Part shown: piece by piece, positions 1-9,526 of the stretch | Layout of the letters: each line of letters starts with the position of its first letter | How positions within the stretch are numbered: the first letter of the stretch is position 1 | Source: a virus | Taxonomy: Duplodnaviria; Heunggongvirae; Uroviricota; Caudoviricetes | IMG/VR virus record: IMGVR_UViG_3300046522_000748 | Reading direction: 5' to 3' (one strand) | Length of the DNA stretch: 64,000 bases | Notes under the pieces: generated by a model | The model's database searches: none | What the model saw: only the letters and a program-made list of their open reading frames with translations | Told to the model about the DNA's origin: nothing | Position numbers and translations under genes: made by a program

Positions 1-189
1 CTCATCGTTGGTTCGCAGGTAGCGTGTTTCGCAACAGTCTTGGCCCGCATCAACCAGCAAGATTTTGAAGCCCGACGCCAGCGTTATGACAACCTGACCG
101 TTTCCACCGTTACCGGCATCGTCCAGGACGATATCGGCAATAACATGAGACGCGGAAACGGTATTCAGCAAAGCAATTTGATGGTTCAT
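1..189 (-). CDS. Hypothetical protein, 5' part (runs off window)
   Basis: My translation: MNHQIALLNTV...LLVDAGQDCCETRYLRTND; QDCCE motif typical of small phage-type proteins; promoter at 290-318. Confidence 0.6.
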   Translation of the reverse strand, partial: MNHQIALLNTVSASHVIADIVLDDAGNGGNGQVVITLASGFKILLVDAGQDCCETRYLRTNDE

Positions 190-289
190 AAGAATTTCTC
201 AGATGTGATTTTCGATCACGTTCCTACGAGAAATCCGTACTATTGAATCAAACCGCTGGCGGGTGAATCATTTTCATTGAAACAGGCTT

Positions 290-318
290 ATTATATCTAC
301 AGCCGACATGCATGGCAA
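290..318 (-). promoter_or_regulatory. sigma70 promoter, no palindrome
   Basis: TTGCCA-N17-TATAAT on minus strand. Confidence 0.55.
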
Positions 319-343
319 GCAGCAGGCATCTTTCTTTGTCGGA

Positions 344-787
344 TTAAGTCTTGGGCGTCACTTGAACATTCTTGTAAAAATCCCAGGTCGGGCCAAAATC
401 GCAGCTTGGGTATTTGGCTTTCAGCGCCTCTGGCGGTACAAAATTCTCCAGCGCCTGCTGGGTCATTTCTTCGAATCGCGGCGTTGGCCAGGGATTGTTC
501 AAATCAGGCGGCAGTAGGCCCACGAGGTTGCCTGAGTTGGCGTCAAGAGCATATACATCCTTGATATCGGCGCTACCGTCTTTGAATTGAACGTGCAGAA
601 AGAGACGGGTCTTATCATCGGAGCCAATCACGTCGGCGTAGACTGTACGAGTGCGATCATGAGACAGGCTGTTGTCCCATTGTTCCGAATCGTTCACGTC
701 CAGGTCTGAGCCAAAATCGTAGGACTCAAAGACGTGTTGGGCGACGGTTGCGCGTTGATTGTCGAGTTCTTCTGGTGAAAGGTGCAT
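344..787 (-). CDS. Hypothetical protein
   Basis: 147-aa ORF in minus-strand run. Confidence 0.6.
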   Translation of the reverse strand: MHLSPEELDNQRATVAQHVFESYDFGSDLDVNDSEQWDNSLSHDRTRTVYADVIGSDDKTRLFLHVQFKDGSADIKDVYALDANSGNLVGLLPPDLNNPWPTPRFEEMTQQALENFVPPEALKAKYPSCDFGPTWDFYKNVQVTPKT

Positions 788-846
788 GCAGGGCTCCAGG
801 CGATGATCAAGGGCCAGGGAGCGGTGCTTCTGGCCCCTTCGGGATA

Positions 847-1113
847 TCAGTGATTGGCGAAGTCCGGGTGACCGTCTTCTTTGTAGTACGTGGCCGTTTG
901 GGAATTGTCGGCGGTCTGACCGAAGATGGCGATTTGCAGGGCTTTGCCTACCTTGGTGGCCGCTTCAAAATTCTTCATCTGAGGCATCGTGCCGTCAGTC
1001 ACGGCGCACACGCCATACTTGGCGTCTTCAGGATTGTAGCGAAAGATGAAGCCCACGACCGGACGCACGCCTGCGCGGCTGAAATATTGGGTGGGAACGT
1101 CTTGAAAACTCAT
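847..1113 (-). CDS. Hypothetical protein (start moved to MSFQDVPTQ)
   Basis: AAGGAG RBS before ATG at 1113; promoter at 1141-1179 excludes the longer start. Confidence 0.65.
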   Translation of the reverse strand: MSFQDVPTQYFSRAGVRPVVGFIFRYNPEDAKYGVCAVTDGTMPQMKNFEAATKVGKALQIAIFGQTADNSQTATYYKEDGHPDFANH

Positions 1114-1140
1114 GGCCAACTCCTTCGATGTGATGAAGTG

Positions 1141-1179
1141 ATTATACAGGTTCGACCCACAGATGTCAATAGTGTTGAC
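1141..1179 (-). promoter_or_regulatory. sigma70 promoter + GTCA-N7-TGAC operator
   Basis: TTGACA-N17-TATAAT; gtcaatagtgttgac 1165-1179. Confidence 0.85.
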
Positions 1180-1665
1180 ATTTGAAGAGGAAGCTGTACA
1201 TCGGAGTATTGGCCTGCAAGTGCTAGAAATGGAGCAGTTACTATTCCACTGCCAAAGCCACCGCCCGAAGGCAAAAGGGTCAGACTGTCCTATTCCGTCA
1301 CGCAGGCAGCCCTTTCTCTGCTCTGTGAAGTGTGATTTCCTTGAACCACAAAAAGCACCGAGGGTCACCGCTTCGACGCCATAAGGCTCCACTATCCCCG
1401 CTGGCCGGTTCTATAGGTGGCTCATTGTCCGGGTCGCCAGTCTTGACCTTGACGTAGATTTGCTCGGGCTCACTCACCTAAGCTGCCATGCTGCGCTACC
1501 GCTTACATAACCAGTCCCTCAGTGCGATTAATCGAAAAAGTGGTTAACCAATTTACCAGAGCAACCGCTTCTGGATTTCAGAAGCTTTATAATAACGATC
1601 TAAATATGACATGTCAATGCCATTGTTTTGTTTTTTGGTTGTGTGTGAGAAAACGCATGCGCACT

Positions 1666-2592
1666 TTAAGAATGCGCAGAGTACTTTTTGAAAAATTGAT
1701 GCGACTGGAATTCTTCAGTCAAAAAGTCAATGAATACTCGCGTTTTGGCGGGCATCAGTGCGCGTGTGGCAAAGTACATAGAGATAGTTCCTGCGTCCCC
1801 ATACCAGTCTGGAACCAATCGGATCAGCTCTCCCTTTTCTATCCATGACAAGGCGTCCGGAACAATGAGAAAAGCGGCCCCTAGACCAAGCAATGCAGCT
1901 TCGCGCATGGCTGTCGCGTCGTTTACGATAATGTCTTCATTTAGCTGTGCGACCATTTCAACGCCTGATGAATCACGCATGCTCCATTGTCTAATTCGGC
2001 CTGAATGCGTTGAGCGCATGACAATCCCTTTAAGATCTGCCAGCTCTTCTGGGTTGCTAGGCAAAGGCTTTCCAGCCATGAACTGTGGCGAGGCGACGGC
2101 AATAACATGCGCTGGGCACAGGGGTCGCGAAATAACGCCCGGCGCCAAATCAAATCCGCCGCCGATGGCTACATCAACGCCTTCAGCAATCAAGTCAGAG
2201 TGACGGTTTTCGAAATGCCATTCGGGCTTGATCAATGGGTACATTGCCATGAATTTTGGGAGCAACGGCAAGATGTGACTGATGCCGAAGGTCGGGGCCA
2301 TGCTAACTTTTAGCAACCCGGCAGGCTCACCTTTGTCGGTGCTTATGGCGCCAATGGCATGCTGAAGTGACTCAAGATGACTGCCGATAGAGGCCAGAAA
2401 TTGCTCGCCGGATTCGGTCAGTGTCAATTTTCTCGTTGAGCGATGGAACAGCCGAACGCCTGTATTTCTTTCAAGCATTGCCACATTTCGGCTGACAGCG
2501 GCGGGTGTGAGCCCCAGGAGTCTTGCTGCCGAGGAAAAGCTACCGGACTCAGCACTGCGGACGAATGATTCAAGGTTTGCGAGGGTTTCCAT
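1666..2592 (-). CDS. LysR-family transcriptional regulator (DmlR/CrgA-like)
   Basis: N-terminal HTH (GSFSSAARLLGLTPAAVSRNVAMLE...RLFHRSTRKLTLT), substrate-binding domain, 308 aa, divergent from oxidoreductase. Confidence 0.95.
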   Translation of the reverse strand: METLANLESFVRSAESGSFSSAARLLGLTPAAVSRNVAMLERNTGVRLFHRSTRKLTLTESGEQFLASIGSHLESLQHAIGAISTDKGEPAGLLKVSMAPTFGISHILPLLPKFMAMYPLIKPEWHFENRHSDLIAEGVDVAIGGGFDLAPGVISRPLCPAHVIAVASPQFMAGKPLPSNPEELADLKGIVMRSTHSGRIRQWSMRDSSGVEMVAQLNEDIIVNDATAMREAALLGLGAAFLIVPDALSWIEKGELIRLVPDWYGDAGTISMYFATRALMPAKTRVFIDFLTEEFQSHQFFKKYSAHS

Positions 2593-2702
2593 GACTACTC
2601 ACCTGATACGAATGCTTGAAGATGATTAAACTCATTTCATACTAATCAAAGGGCAAAAGGAATGCCATTATTACTTAACACAATCACAGAGGAGTTTTAT
2701 AT

Positions 2703-3305
2703 ATGAGTACTATCGGTGTAATTGGAGCAGGCGCAATTGGCTCCGCCTTTGCCAGAGCTTTGGCCAATAAGGGCATCAACGTTGTTATAGCCAACAGTCG
2801 TGGTCCTGCATCGCTGACTGAGCTAGTACGTGAACTAGGGCCACTGGTCAGGGCTGTGCCCCGCGAGGAAGCAGCTGCCCAGGAAATCGTACTTGTGGCG
2901 GTGAACTGGTCTAAATTGCCAGAGGCATTGGCCGGTCTGCCTGATTTTGAAGGGCGAATTGTGATCGATGCGAACAACTCAATTGAGGCGCCTTCGTATA
3001 AGGCAGTGGATTTGCAGGGCCATACTTCGAGTGAAGTTTTCGCCGAGTTTGTCCCAGGAGCCCGCGTGATCAAGGCATTCAATCATCTTCCGTCTCGCTT
3101 GATTAGCAGTGATCCGGCAAAGGAAGGTGGGCGGCGCGTGCTGTTTTTGTCTGGTGACGATAAAAACGCAAAAGCAACAATTTCCGATCTAATTGACAAG
3201 CTTGGTTTCTTCGGTGTTGATCTCGGCCCTCTTAGTGTGGGCGCGAGACTGGCTCAATTCCCTGGAGGGCCGTTGCCATTGCTCAACCTTGTAAAGTTCG
3301 CGTAG
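2703..3305 (+). CDS. NADP-dependent oxidoreductase (F420_oxidored family)
   Basis: GAGAIG Rossmann motif, ANSRGP, IDANN, VIKAFNHL, DLGPL. Confidence 0.9.
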   Translation: MSTIGVIGAGAIGSAFARALANKGINVVIANSRGPASLTELVRELGPLVRAVPREEAAAQEIVLVAVNWSKLPEALAGLPDFEGRIVIDANNSIEAPSYKAVDLQGHTSSEVFAEFVPGARVIKAFNHLPSRLISSDPAKEGGRRVLFLSGDDKNAKATISDLIDKLGFFGVDLGPLSVGARLAQFPGGPLPLLNLVKFA

Positions 3306-3399
3306 GTGCATCCTAACTGGTCTCTGAAGCTTTGGCGCAGCACTAGCTCGCGCTTTTGTTTTAGATAACCTACGTGGATTAAGTAACAAGGCCCACTAT

Positions 3400-3431
3400 A
3401 AAAAAGCCCCAACCTATTGATTGGGGCTTTT
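3400..3431. terminator. Bidirectional intrinsic terminator
   Basis: aaaaaagccccaa-cctattga-ttggggctttt between convergent genes. Confidence 0.8.
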
Positions 3432-3486
3432 CGTTCGACTGCGATAATGATATCGTAATCCTACTTAATGGGAATGATAATCAGTC

Positions 3487-3984
3487 TCAGAAAGGAATGT
3501 CGTCATCAAAACTGTCAAAGTCAGGTGCCGGTTCTGGCGCTGGAGTTGGCTCACCGGAACCTTGTGGTGCGGTGTTTTGCTTGCCGGTAGTCGATTGTGA
3601 AGGGCGTGGAGCGCGCTGCTGTTGCTCACCACCTTCGCCCGGCTTGCCGCCCAGCAGTTGCATGGTGCCGTTCATGTCTACCACGATTTCAGTGGTGTAA
3701 CGTTTGACGCCATCTTTTTCCCATTCACGGGTTTGCAGTCGGCCTTCCAGATAGATCTGGGAGCCTTTTTTAACGTACTCGCCAACGATTTCAGCTACTT
3801 TACCGAAGAACACTACGCGGTGCCATTCGGTCTTTTCGACCTTCTGATTGGTTTGCTTGTCAGTCCAGGTTTCGCTAGTTGCAAGGGTCAGGTTGGTGAC
3901 CTTGCTGCCGTTAGGCATGTCACGAACTTCAGGATCTCCGCCCACATTACCAACCAGAATTACTTTGTTTACGCCACGAGCCAT
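3487..3984 (-). CDS. ssb: Single-stranded DNA-binding protein
   Basis: [13 protein letters not shown]...TEWHRVV...[15 protein letters not shown]; acidic tail DDDIPF. Confidence 0.98.
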   Translation of the reverse strand: MARGVNKVILVGNVGGDPEVRDMPNGSKVTNLTLATSETWTDKQTNQKVEKTEWHRVVFFGKVAEIVGEYVKKGSQIYLEGRLQTREWEKDGVKRYTTEIVVDMNGTMQLLGGKPGEGGEQQQRAPRPSQSTTGKQNTAPQGSGEPTPAPEPAPDFDSFDDDIPF

Positions 3985-4104
3985 GTATATTTCTCTCTTA
4001 TGTATAATTAATTATCTACTGTACTTTTTACTCCGTTTCCGGAGAACAATACTATTAGATCATTATTGTCTTATTATGTCTAGCGTTATTTCATTGGCAC
4101 ATAC

Positions 4105-4131
4105 AAAAAACGCTCCTTTCGGAGCGTTTTT
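4105..4131. terminator. Intrinsic terminator
   Basis: aaaaaacgctcc-tttc-ggagcgttttt just past sHSP stop. Confidence 0.8.
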
Positions 4132-4133
4132 GT

Positions 4134-4547
4134 TTAAGCGTTGATCGCGATGGATCGAGGCTTCTTGTCTTCTGGAATTTCCAGGTCGATGTCGATTGCC
4201 AAAAGGCCATGTTCGAGGGTGGCTTTTTTCACGACAGCGTACTGGTGAAGCACAAATTCCAGCTTGAAATTGCGCTTGGCAATGCCTTCGCTTTGGTAAA
4301 CCTTGGTTTCATCACGTTGCTGGGTGCCTTCAATGATCAACATGTCATCTTTTTGTGTGATGGAGATGTTGTCCATGGTGTAACCGGCGACTGCTGCTGT
4401 AATACGTACTGAGTTGGACTCTTGATCAAGCACTTCAATGTCGCAAGGCGGGAAGCTCGGGCGTTTTGCCAAGCTGTCGATGTGGCTGAACAACTGATCG
4501 AAGCCGATGAGAAAAGCATGTGGAAGCTGGGAACTACGGGTCATCAT
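4134..4547 (-). CDS. Small heat-shock protein (Hsp20, IbpA-like)
   Basis: IGFDQLF, AVAGY, YQSEGIAKRNFKLEF, ATLEHGLLAIDI. Confidence 0.9.
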   Translation of the reverse strand: MMTRSSQLPHAFLIGFDQLFSHIDSLAKRPSFPPCDIEVLDQESNSVRITAAVAGYTMDNISITQKDDMLIIEGTQQRDETKVYQSEGIAKRNFKLEFVLHQYAVVKKATLEHGLLAIDIDLEIPEDKKPRSIAINA

Positions 4548-4620
4548 TCACTCTCCATGAGCAGTGTGTAATAGTTAAACCGCCTGTGTCAGGCAGTGAA
4601 CCCCTCTTTTGAGCGGGAAC
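4545..4620 (-). promoter_or_regulatory. ROSE-like RNA thermometer candidate in sHSP 5' UTR
   Basis: Three hairpins; last (CACUGCUC-AUG-GAGAGUG) pairs the SD with a bulged G. Confidence 0.55.
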
Positions 4621-4797
4621 AAATATAATTTAACGTTAACAATGACTTGCGTCAATACCCTTTGGCGATTTTTTTGTAATTTTGTTGCTTCGTTGTTTGC
4701 TCGGCGTTTCGTAACGTGATGCACAGCGGCACCCCTTTGTGTAGAATGTCATTTATTAAATACTAATAGGCGAGCAGCCCATCAAAAGGATATAGCC

Positions 4798-5622
4798 GTG
4801 ACGGAATCGAGACAGAGCGTTGTTGAGCCAAGCAATCTGGCCAATGTCCTTCAGCACATGAATGGTGCCATAGAGGCATTCATTGCCCTGCGAGAACAAG
4901 ATGAGCGGGATGAGCAGACCAGTTTTTTGATGGGGGTTTTCCAGGAAGAGGCCAAAACCATTGCATCAACTCTGGCCGAGTTGGGATTGATTACAAAGGC
5001 AGAAAATGTCGATGTCCTGAAATCTATTGAATGGACAATGAGCAAGGCTGAGATCAGAGAGATCCAGCAGTACACAACTATGGAGATTGAGGCTTGCATC
5101 CTCTACGGGCACCCAGCGCCACGGTCGATTAGCTCCGAAGATCGCGATTTGGTGATAGGACTTCAATCGTTGATTGCGCAACAAGCAGAGGCTAAACAAA
5201 TATCCGCAACAATAGATGTGTTGGTCAGCAGAGGTTTATTGGGAGAAAGCCAGCACGCGAGCTTGGTCGAGATCGCCCTGCGTAAATCGACTCCACACAA
5301 GCCCTTTGAAATTCGAACGATTGTGGGGCTTACTGAGACTGGTCGAGCCAAACTTCTTGATCACATCGCCAGGACAGAAAATGAGACAGAATTGTCCTTT
5401 GAGGACGCTTTCTCCGGGGTGGTGACAATGATCTCATCACAAATGAACAACCCTAATAGGGATTTGGCAGGCGAGCCCTGGTACTGCTCCATCGGCATGG
5501 CTGGAACGACGTTTCCCAAAGGTTTTGATGAGCACGAGACATCTGATTACGAAGAACTATGTTTGTCGTATTACGCTTCAGACTTTCTAATTGAGCCTGC
5601 CATTAAGGAGAAAAGTAAGTGA
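4798..5622 (+). CDS. Hypothetical protein, possible winged-helix motifs
   Basis: 274 aa; IDVLVSRGLL...VGLTETGRAKL. Confidence 0.6.
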   Translation: MTESRQSVVEPSNLANVLQHMNGAIEAFIALREQDERDEQTSFLMGVFQEEAKTIASTLAELGLITKAENVDVLKSIEWTMSKAEIREIQQYTTMEIEACILYGHPAPRSISSEDRDLVIGLQSLIAQQAEAKQISATIDVLVSRGLLGESQHASLVEIALRKSTPHKPFEIRTIVGLTETGRAKLLDHIARTENETELSFEDAFSGVVTMISSQMNNPNRDLAGEPWYCSIGMAGTTFPKGFDEHETSDYEELCLSYYASDFLIEPAIKEKSK

Positions 5623-5843
5623 AAAACGAATTTTGCGATTTGCCACAGGCTGAGATTTTTGCGCTTAACATTCCCCTCGACATGAAGGGTTTTCTGCTCT
5701 CCCCGTTTCATCTTAATCAGCAAAACGGCTACGTATTGGTGCCAGCCGAAGCTTTTAAGGAGCTGATTGCTCTCATCACAGAATACGCGATTTTGAAGGA
5801 TGGACAATCAGAGTTCAATGCCGGTAAGACCATTGCCAGCTAG
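5619..5843 (+). CDS. Hypothetical protein
   Basis: GTGA overlap with upstream stop. Confidence 0.5.
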   Translation: MKNEFCDLPQAEIFALNIPLDMKGFLLSPFHLNQQNGYVLVPAEAFKELIALITEYAILKDGQSEFNAGKTIAS

Positions 5844-6128
5844 TGGAAAGACACCGATTAGTGAAGATGTTGCCAGTATGGTTCAACGCTCCGTCATGGG
5901 TAGCTGTTTTTTTTGTGGTGAGTCCCCTGATACAAATGATACGCAACATAAACAGGTAGGATTATCGCCGGGGCGATGGCAATTATGCTGAAACCGATCA
6001 GATTACGCATGGTTCTTTCCGAGTTCGTTTATTTCTTATTATATATCACGAACCTCAGTGAAAGTGAACAGAGGTTCCCAGGAAAGAGCAAACCCACCGC
6101 TGGTCACTTTCAGGGCGAAGCACTGGCA

Positions 6129-6719
6129 TTATGGGGCTGCATAATGCTCATTGGCAGACTTCTGCTCAATTAGCAGTACATGGGAGCTGGATTGTTCGAT
6201 CAGGGCGTTGATCGCGTCGAACGAATAAACAGGTGCCCAAATCTCACTGTCATCACTATCAAAAACGGCAACGGTGTCGTCAATCTTCTTGATGCTCAGC
6301 AATACTCCGGTCACTGGATTGCGCAGATCCGCGCCGATGGGCATTCCAATGATTTTTCTGACACGGTGTGCATCAGTGAGCAAATGCACCTTATCAAGAC
6401 CCTGCTCAATCAAGAACTCCCGACTTACCGGCCCAGTGCTTTTTACCAGACACATGAATCGATCTTCATTGACCATGGTGTCTAGGTCAGAAATGTAGAA
6501 GCGCTCACGGGCAAATGCCGGGATCAACGGCACCAGGGAGATTTTGTAATTATCGCTCACCTTGTCCTGATCTTCATTGATCGCAAACAGCATGTTGGTC
6601 GTTTCATCGCTAGAGCTGACGTATCGCATGAAGCCCGCATCATTCAAAGGCGAGGCCGGGCCGTAGAAAAACACGTTGCTCGCGCCATGGCGAATAATCA
6701 GGTCTTGTAGATACGACAT
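6129..6719 (-). CDS. Hypothetical protein
   Basis: 196-aa ORF, AAGGA RBS. Confidence 0.7.
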   Translation of the reverse strand: MSYLQDLIIRHGASNVFFYGPASPLNDAGFMRYVSSSDETTNMLFAINEDQDKVSDNYKISLVPLIPAFARERFYISDLDTMVNEDRFMCLVKSTGPVSREFLIEQGLDKVHLLTDAHRVRKIIGMPIGADLRNPVTGVLLSIKKIDDTVAVFDSDDSEIWAPVYSFDAINALIEQSSSHVLLIEQKSANEHYAAP

Positions 6720-6806
6720 GGATTAATCCTTTCCTTGAGTGTTTGAGTTTTTTGGTGCCAAAACAATAATCGATGTTCTGTCAGCCGAACACAATATTCG
6801 CCGTGC

Positions 6807-6995
6807 TCACTTGGTCAGTGTCCCATCAGGCCGAAGGTAAATTGAAGAGTCAATCGTTCGTTTCTTATCGCACTTGATGCACTGAATGTCCTGGTAGCTC
6901 CACAGCGCAACGCCGAAGAACCTCAAGGGCCATCGGCGGACTTCTTTATATCGGTGATCACATCCAAAGCGTTTGAAATACTTAAATATTTTCAT
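6807..6995 (-). CDS. Small Cys/His protein (DUF1660-like prophage protein)
   Basis: FGCDHRY...QCIKCDK. Confidence 0.5.
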   Translation of the reverse strand: MKIFKYFKRFGCDHRYKEVRRWPLRFFGVALWSYQDIQCIKCDKKRTIDSSIYLRPDGTLTK

Positions 6996-6999
6996 GGTT

Positions 7000-7230
7000 C
7001 TAGTCTTTTGGTGGAATTGGGACTGTCAACTGAGCGTGGATTTGTCCGGTGATTCTTTTCTTGGAACTACGAGTGTTCCATGCCTGCACGGCTTTCAGCA
7101 AATCCCTCCTGAGAAAGGCCGTGCCTCTTGCATCGCACGAGTCACATTCAACCCATGTATCTCGCCAATTACAATTGGGGGAAGAATCGCCGCCACAAAA
7201 TGGACAGGGTTTGATGTCATGATATGGCAT
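7000..7230 (-). CDS. Lar-family restriction alleviation protein
   Basis: IKPCPFCGG...WVECDSCDARG...AVQAWNTR. Confidence 0.8.
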   Translation of the reverse strand: MPYHDIKPCPFCGGDSSPNCNWRDTWVECDSCDARGTAFLRRDLLKAVQAWNTRSSKKRITGQIHAQLTVPIPPKD

Positions 7231-7287
7231 CAAAGTTGTAGTAAACATCAACAGCATTACAATCGCTCCAATTGCGCTGACACCGAT

Positions 7288-7680
7288 TCAATGAGTTACC
7301 AGAAGGTTTTGCAGTTCTTCTACAGGCATTTTCACCAGCAGACCGGCATCCTTGCGATCCGTTAGAACCTTCGCATCCAGGCTCTTTTCCTGCATTTCTT
7401 TAAACCAATCACGCGGAATTTTGAAATCCAACACGATGGCATAATCAAAGGAAGTAAACTCTTCTTCAGTGGTAAACCATTTGCTCATGTGCTCATTCCA
7501 GATCAGATCGCACTGAGAAAATCTCTCCCGCTTCAACTCCTTATAGTGAGTCTGAGCGCTGACGAAACCTTTCTTCATGCATTCAAGAATGGATACAGCG
7601 TTAACCAATCCCCAGGCGACAAAGCCCTGCCCTACACCGACGACCTGCTTATCTTTAACGAAATATACAGCAGTATTCAT
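7288..7680 (-). CDS. Hypothetical protein
   Basis: 130-aa ORF. Confidence 0.6.
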   Translation of the reverse strand: MNTAVYFVKDKQVVGVGQGFVAWGLVNAVSILECMKKGFVSAQTHYKELKRERFSQCDLIWNEHMSKWFTTEEEFTSFDYAIVLDFKIPRDWFKEMQEKSLDAKVLTDRKDAGLLVKMPVEELQNLLVTH

Positions 7681-7739
7681 TATACACTCCGATATTGCAC
7701 GGGATGTGACCCTCTCTGGATCACTCCTGAAACGTTGGT

Positions 7740-8078
7740 TTAGGGGCGAGAGTGAACCACTGCCTGCTCTTGCATGGACTTCAGCATCGAGGAAAACTCA
7801 GCCAGGGTTTTCGGAATTGGTTCTTCAATACCGTTCAGGCGGCTAACAGCCCAACGGTTGAAGCCTTCCTGCTTGGCCATTGTCACAGTGTTGTGAATGC
7901 CAACCATAAAACGGAACTCATGATTGCCGAAATAAAAGTCGCGAGTCGATCCCCTGCTGAAGTGGGAGGGCTTCAGGCCATTGATACGAAGCCAGTGCCG
8001 CCATTGCCTCGGCAATTTCACGCCTTGATCTTCTTGACTTGGCACTTTGTATTTGCGCGTAGTCAGGTGATTAGTCAT
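7740..8078 (-). CDS. Hypothetical protein
   Basis: Start MTNHL overlaps upstream stop. Confidence 0.6.
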   Translation of the reverse strand: MTNHLTTRKYKVPSQEDQGVKLPRQWRHWLRINGLKPSHFSRGSTRDFYFGNHEFRFMVGIHNTVTMAKQEGFNRWAVSRLNGIEEPIPKTLAEFSSMLKSMQEQAVVHSRP

Positions 8079-8616
8079 GTTGATAGTCTCCTGTCCATGG
8101 CTGGATGTCTTGTTTGTTAACCAGCATGTAGGGCTGGTCATCGATCAGTTTTTGAATCGCAATGCGGCGCGGGGAGACCCGATCTTTAATACCCATACGA
8201 TCCATGGTGGCCAGCGTCAACTTTTCACTCGGTAGGTACATGACTGGATCAATGCCAAAGCCATCTTCCAGGCAGGCGCACAGTTCACCTGTGATGTCGC
8301 CGTAGTAGATCTTGATTACATCACCTTGAACGACGCCCAGACGCACTTCCCAGATGATTTCTGCACCGAGTGGATATTCGCCTTTGCGCAAGGCTTCGAT
8401 TTTCCAGCGGACATCAACCATAGGCTCGCCGTCGAGTTTGATGATGGCGTCTTCTACGATACGCCCCTCGCCCGCTTCCAGTGCCTTGTGAATGATGATT
8501 TCATCCGGTGTGCCATTAACTTCCCGAATGTCTGGGCCGTCAATAACCTGAAGGTTTGAAATGCCAAAACGCTGATATTCTTCGCGTTTTGAAGGGTTTG
8601 AGGTGACGATTAGCAT
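8071..8616 (-). CDS. Ham1/ITPase-like non-canonical NTP pyrophosphatase (divergent)
   Basis: VTSNPSKREE, KALE...VEDA, GFGIDPVMY, SPRRIA align with Ham1 motifs TSNxxK, KA, ED, GFGYDP, SHR. Confidence 0.75.
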   Translation of the reverse strand: MLIVTSNPSKREEYQRFGISNLQVIDGPDIREVNGTPDEIIIHKALEAGEGRIVEDAIIKLDGEPMVDVRWKIEALRKGEYPLGAEIIWEVRLGVVQGDVIKIYYGDITGELCACLEDGFGIDPVMYLPSEKLTLATMDRMGIKDRVSPRRIAIQKLIDDQPYMLVNKQDIQPWTGDYQHD

Positions 8617-8891
8617 GTGCTGTCCTTTCCTTCTTGTCTTGCCTGATTGTTGATAATGTCGGTCACATTGCCGTTCACATGGAGCGCCAGCTCATCGCCA
8701 TCCCCCATGATGATGGAGAAATCAATGTCCTTCATCAACATTGTTCCTGTCGCCTGCATGGATGCTTTTTCGTTCAGCCATGTTTTGTCGTGATTAAGCA
8801 GGTCATCGAAATCAACAGTCATGTGGAAAGAGATCATGCCGTCTGGAAAAACATCATGTGTTTCTCCATTTATGAATGTGTAACTTTTCAT
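8610..8891 (-). CDS. Hypothetical protein
   Basis: Start MKSYTF; coupled to neighbours. Confidence 0.6.
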   Translation of the reverse strand: MKSYTFINGETHDVFPDGMISFHMTVDFDDLLNHDKTWLNEKASMQATGTMLMKDIDFSIIMGDGDELALHVNGNVTDIINNQARQEGKDSTC

Positions 8892-8902
8892 TCTGATTCT
8901 TG

Positions 8903-9220
8903 TCATTCTGATTCTTGCTCTTCTGGATAAACGTCTGAAGGAACCTTTTTCCAGCCAATCCAAGAATTATTTGCTCGCTGATTGAACCACACGGAGGCGT
9001 CCTCGCAAATCCCGGTAATGTAGATGCCTGAACTGTTTGAGGTGCTGCTGATCTCTTTAAAATATTTGCAGCCCGAGTCACGAAGACTCTTTGGCTGTGC
9101 AGCAGGAACGGTATCGGGCTTAAAGCGTGGCTGATTGTCACTGGAGCTGCGGAACGTCTCTGCGCTGGCCTGGGAGGCGCACAGGATGGCAAGCAGGCAG
9201 GTGGCGAGAATGCGTTTCAT
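8903..9220 (-). CDS. Secreted hypothetical protein
   Basis: Signal peptide MKRILATCLLAILCASQASA. Confidence 0.7.
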   Translation of the reverse strand: MKRILATCLLAILCASQASAETFRSSSDNQPRFKPDTVPAAQPKSLRDSGCKYFKEISSTSNSSGIYITGICEDASVWFNQRANNSWIGWKKVPSDVYPEEQESE

Positions 9221-9229
9221 GGAATTTCC

Positions 9230-9526
9230 TTAAAGGACGAATTGGGGTTGATCGATGACTTGAATTTTTCCGGCACTCACCATTTCTTTGATGTTCCCCT
9301 TGATGGACAGGGTAATCAGGCTGTCTTCTCCTACATGGGAGGCGATCACCGATTCGAAGGCGAACAGATCGTTTCCGAAGACGCTCTGACTCACGTTTTT
9401 GTTGAAATCTTCCCGGCTCAATTCAAGCATACGCTCAGCAGACAAGCTGACGCTGAACTCGACCTTCTTGTTCGCTTTGACGATGATTTGCCCAGCGGCG
9501 GTGATGACAACTTTGGTTTTGTTCAT
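9230..9526 (-). CDS. Hypothetical protein
   Basis: Start MNKTKVV. Confidence 0.55.
   Translation of the reverse strand: MNKTKVVITAAGQIIVKANKKVEFSVSLSAERMLELSREDFNKNVSQSVFGNDLFAFESVIASHVGEDSLITLSIKGNIKEMVSAGKIQVIDQPQFVL

Noticed and set aside
2593-2702. Local LysR as the regulator of the palindrome
   Set aside because: Its own divergent intergenic region has no GTCA-N7-TGAC, and it looks like an ordinary local regulator of the oxidoreductase.
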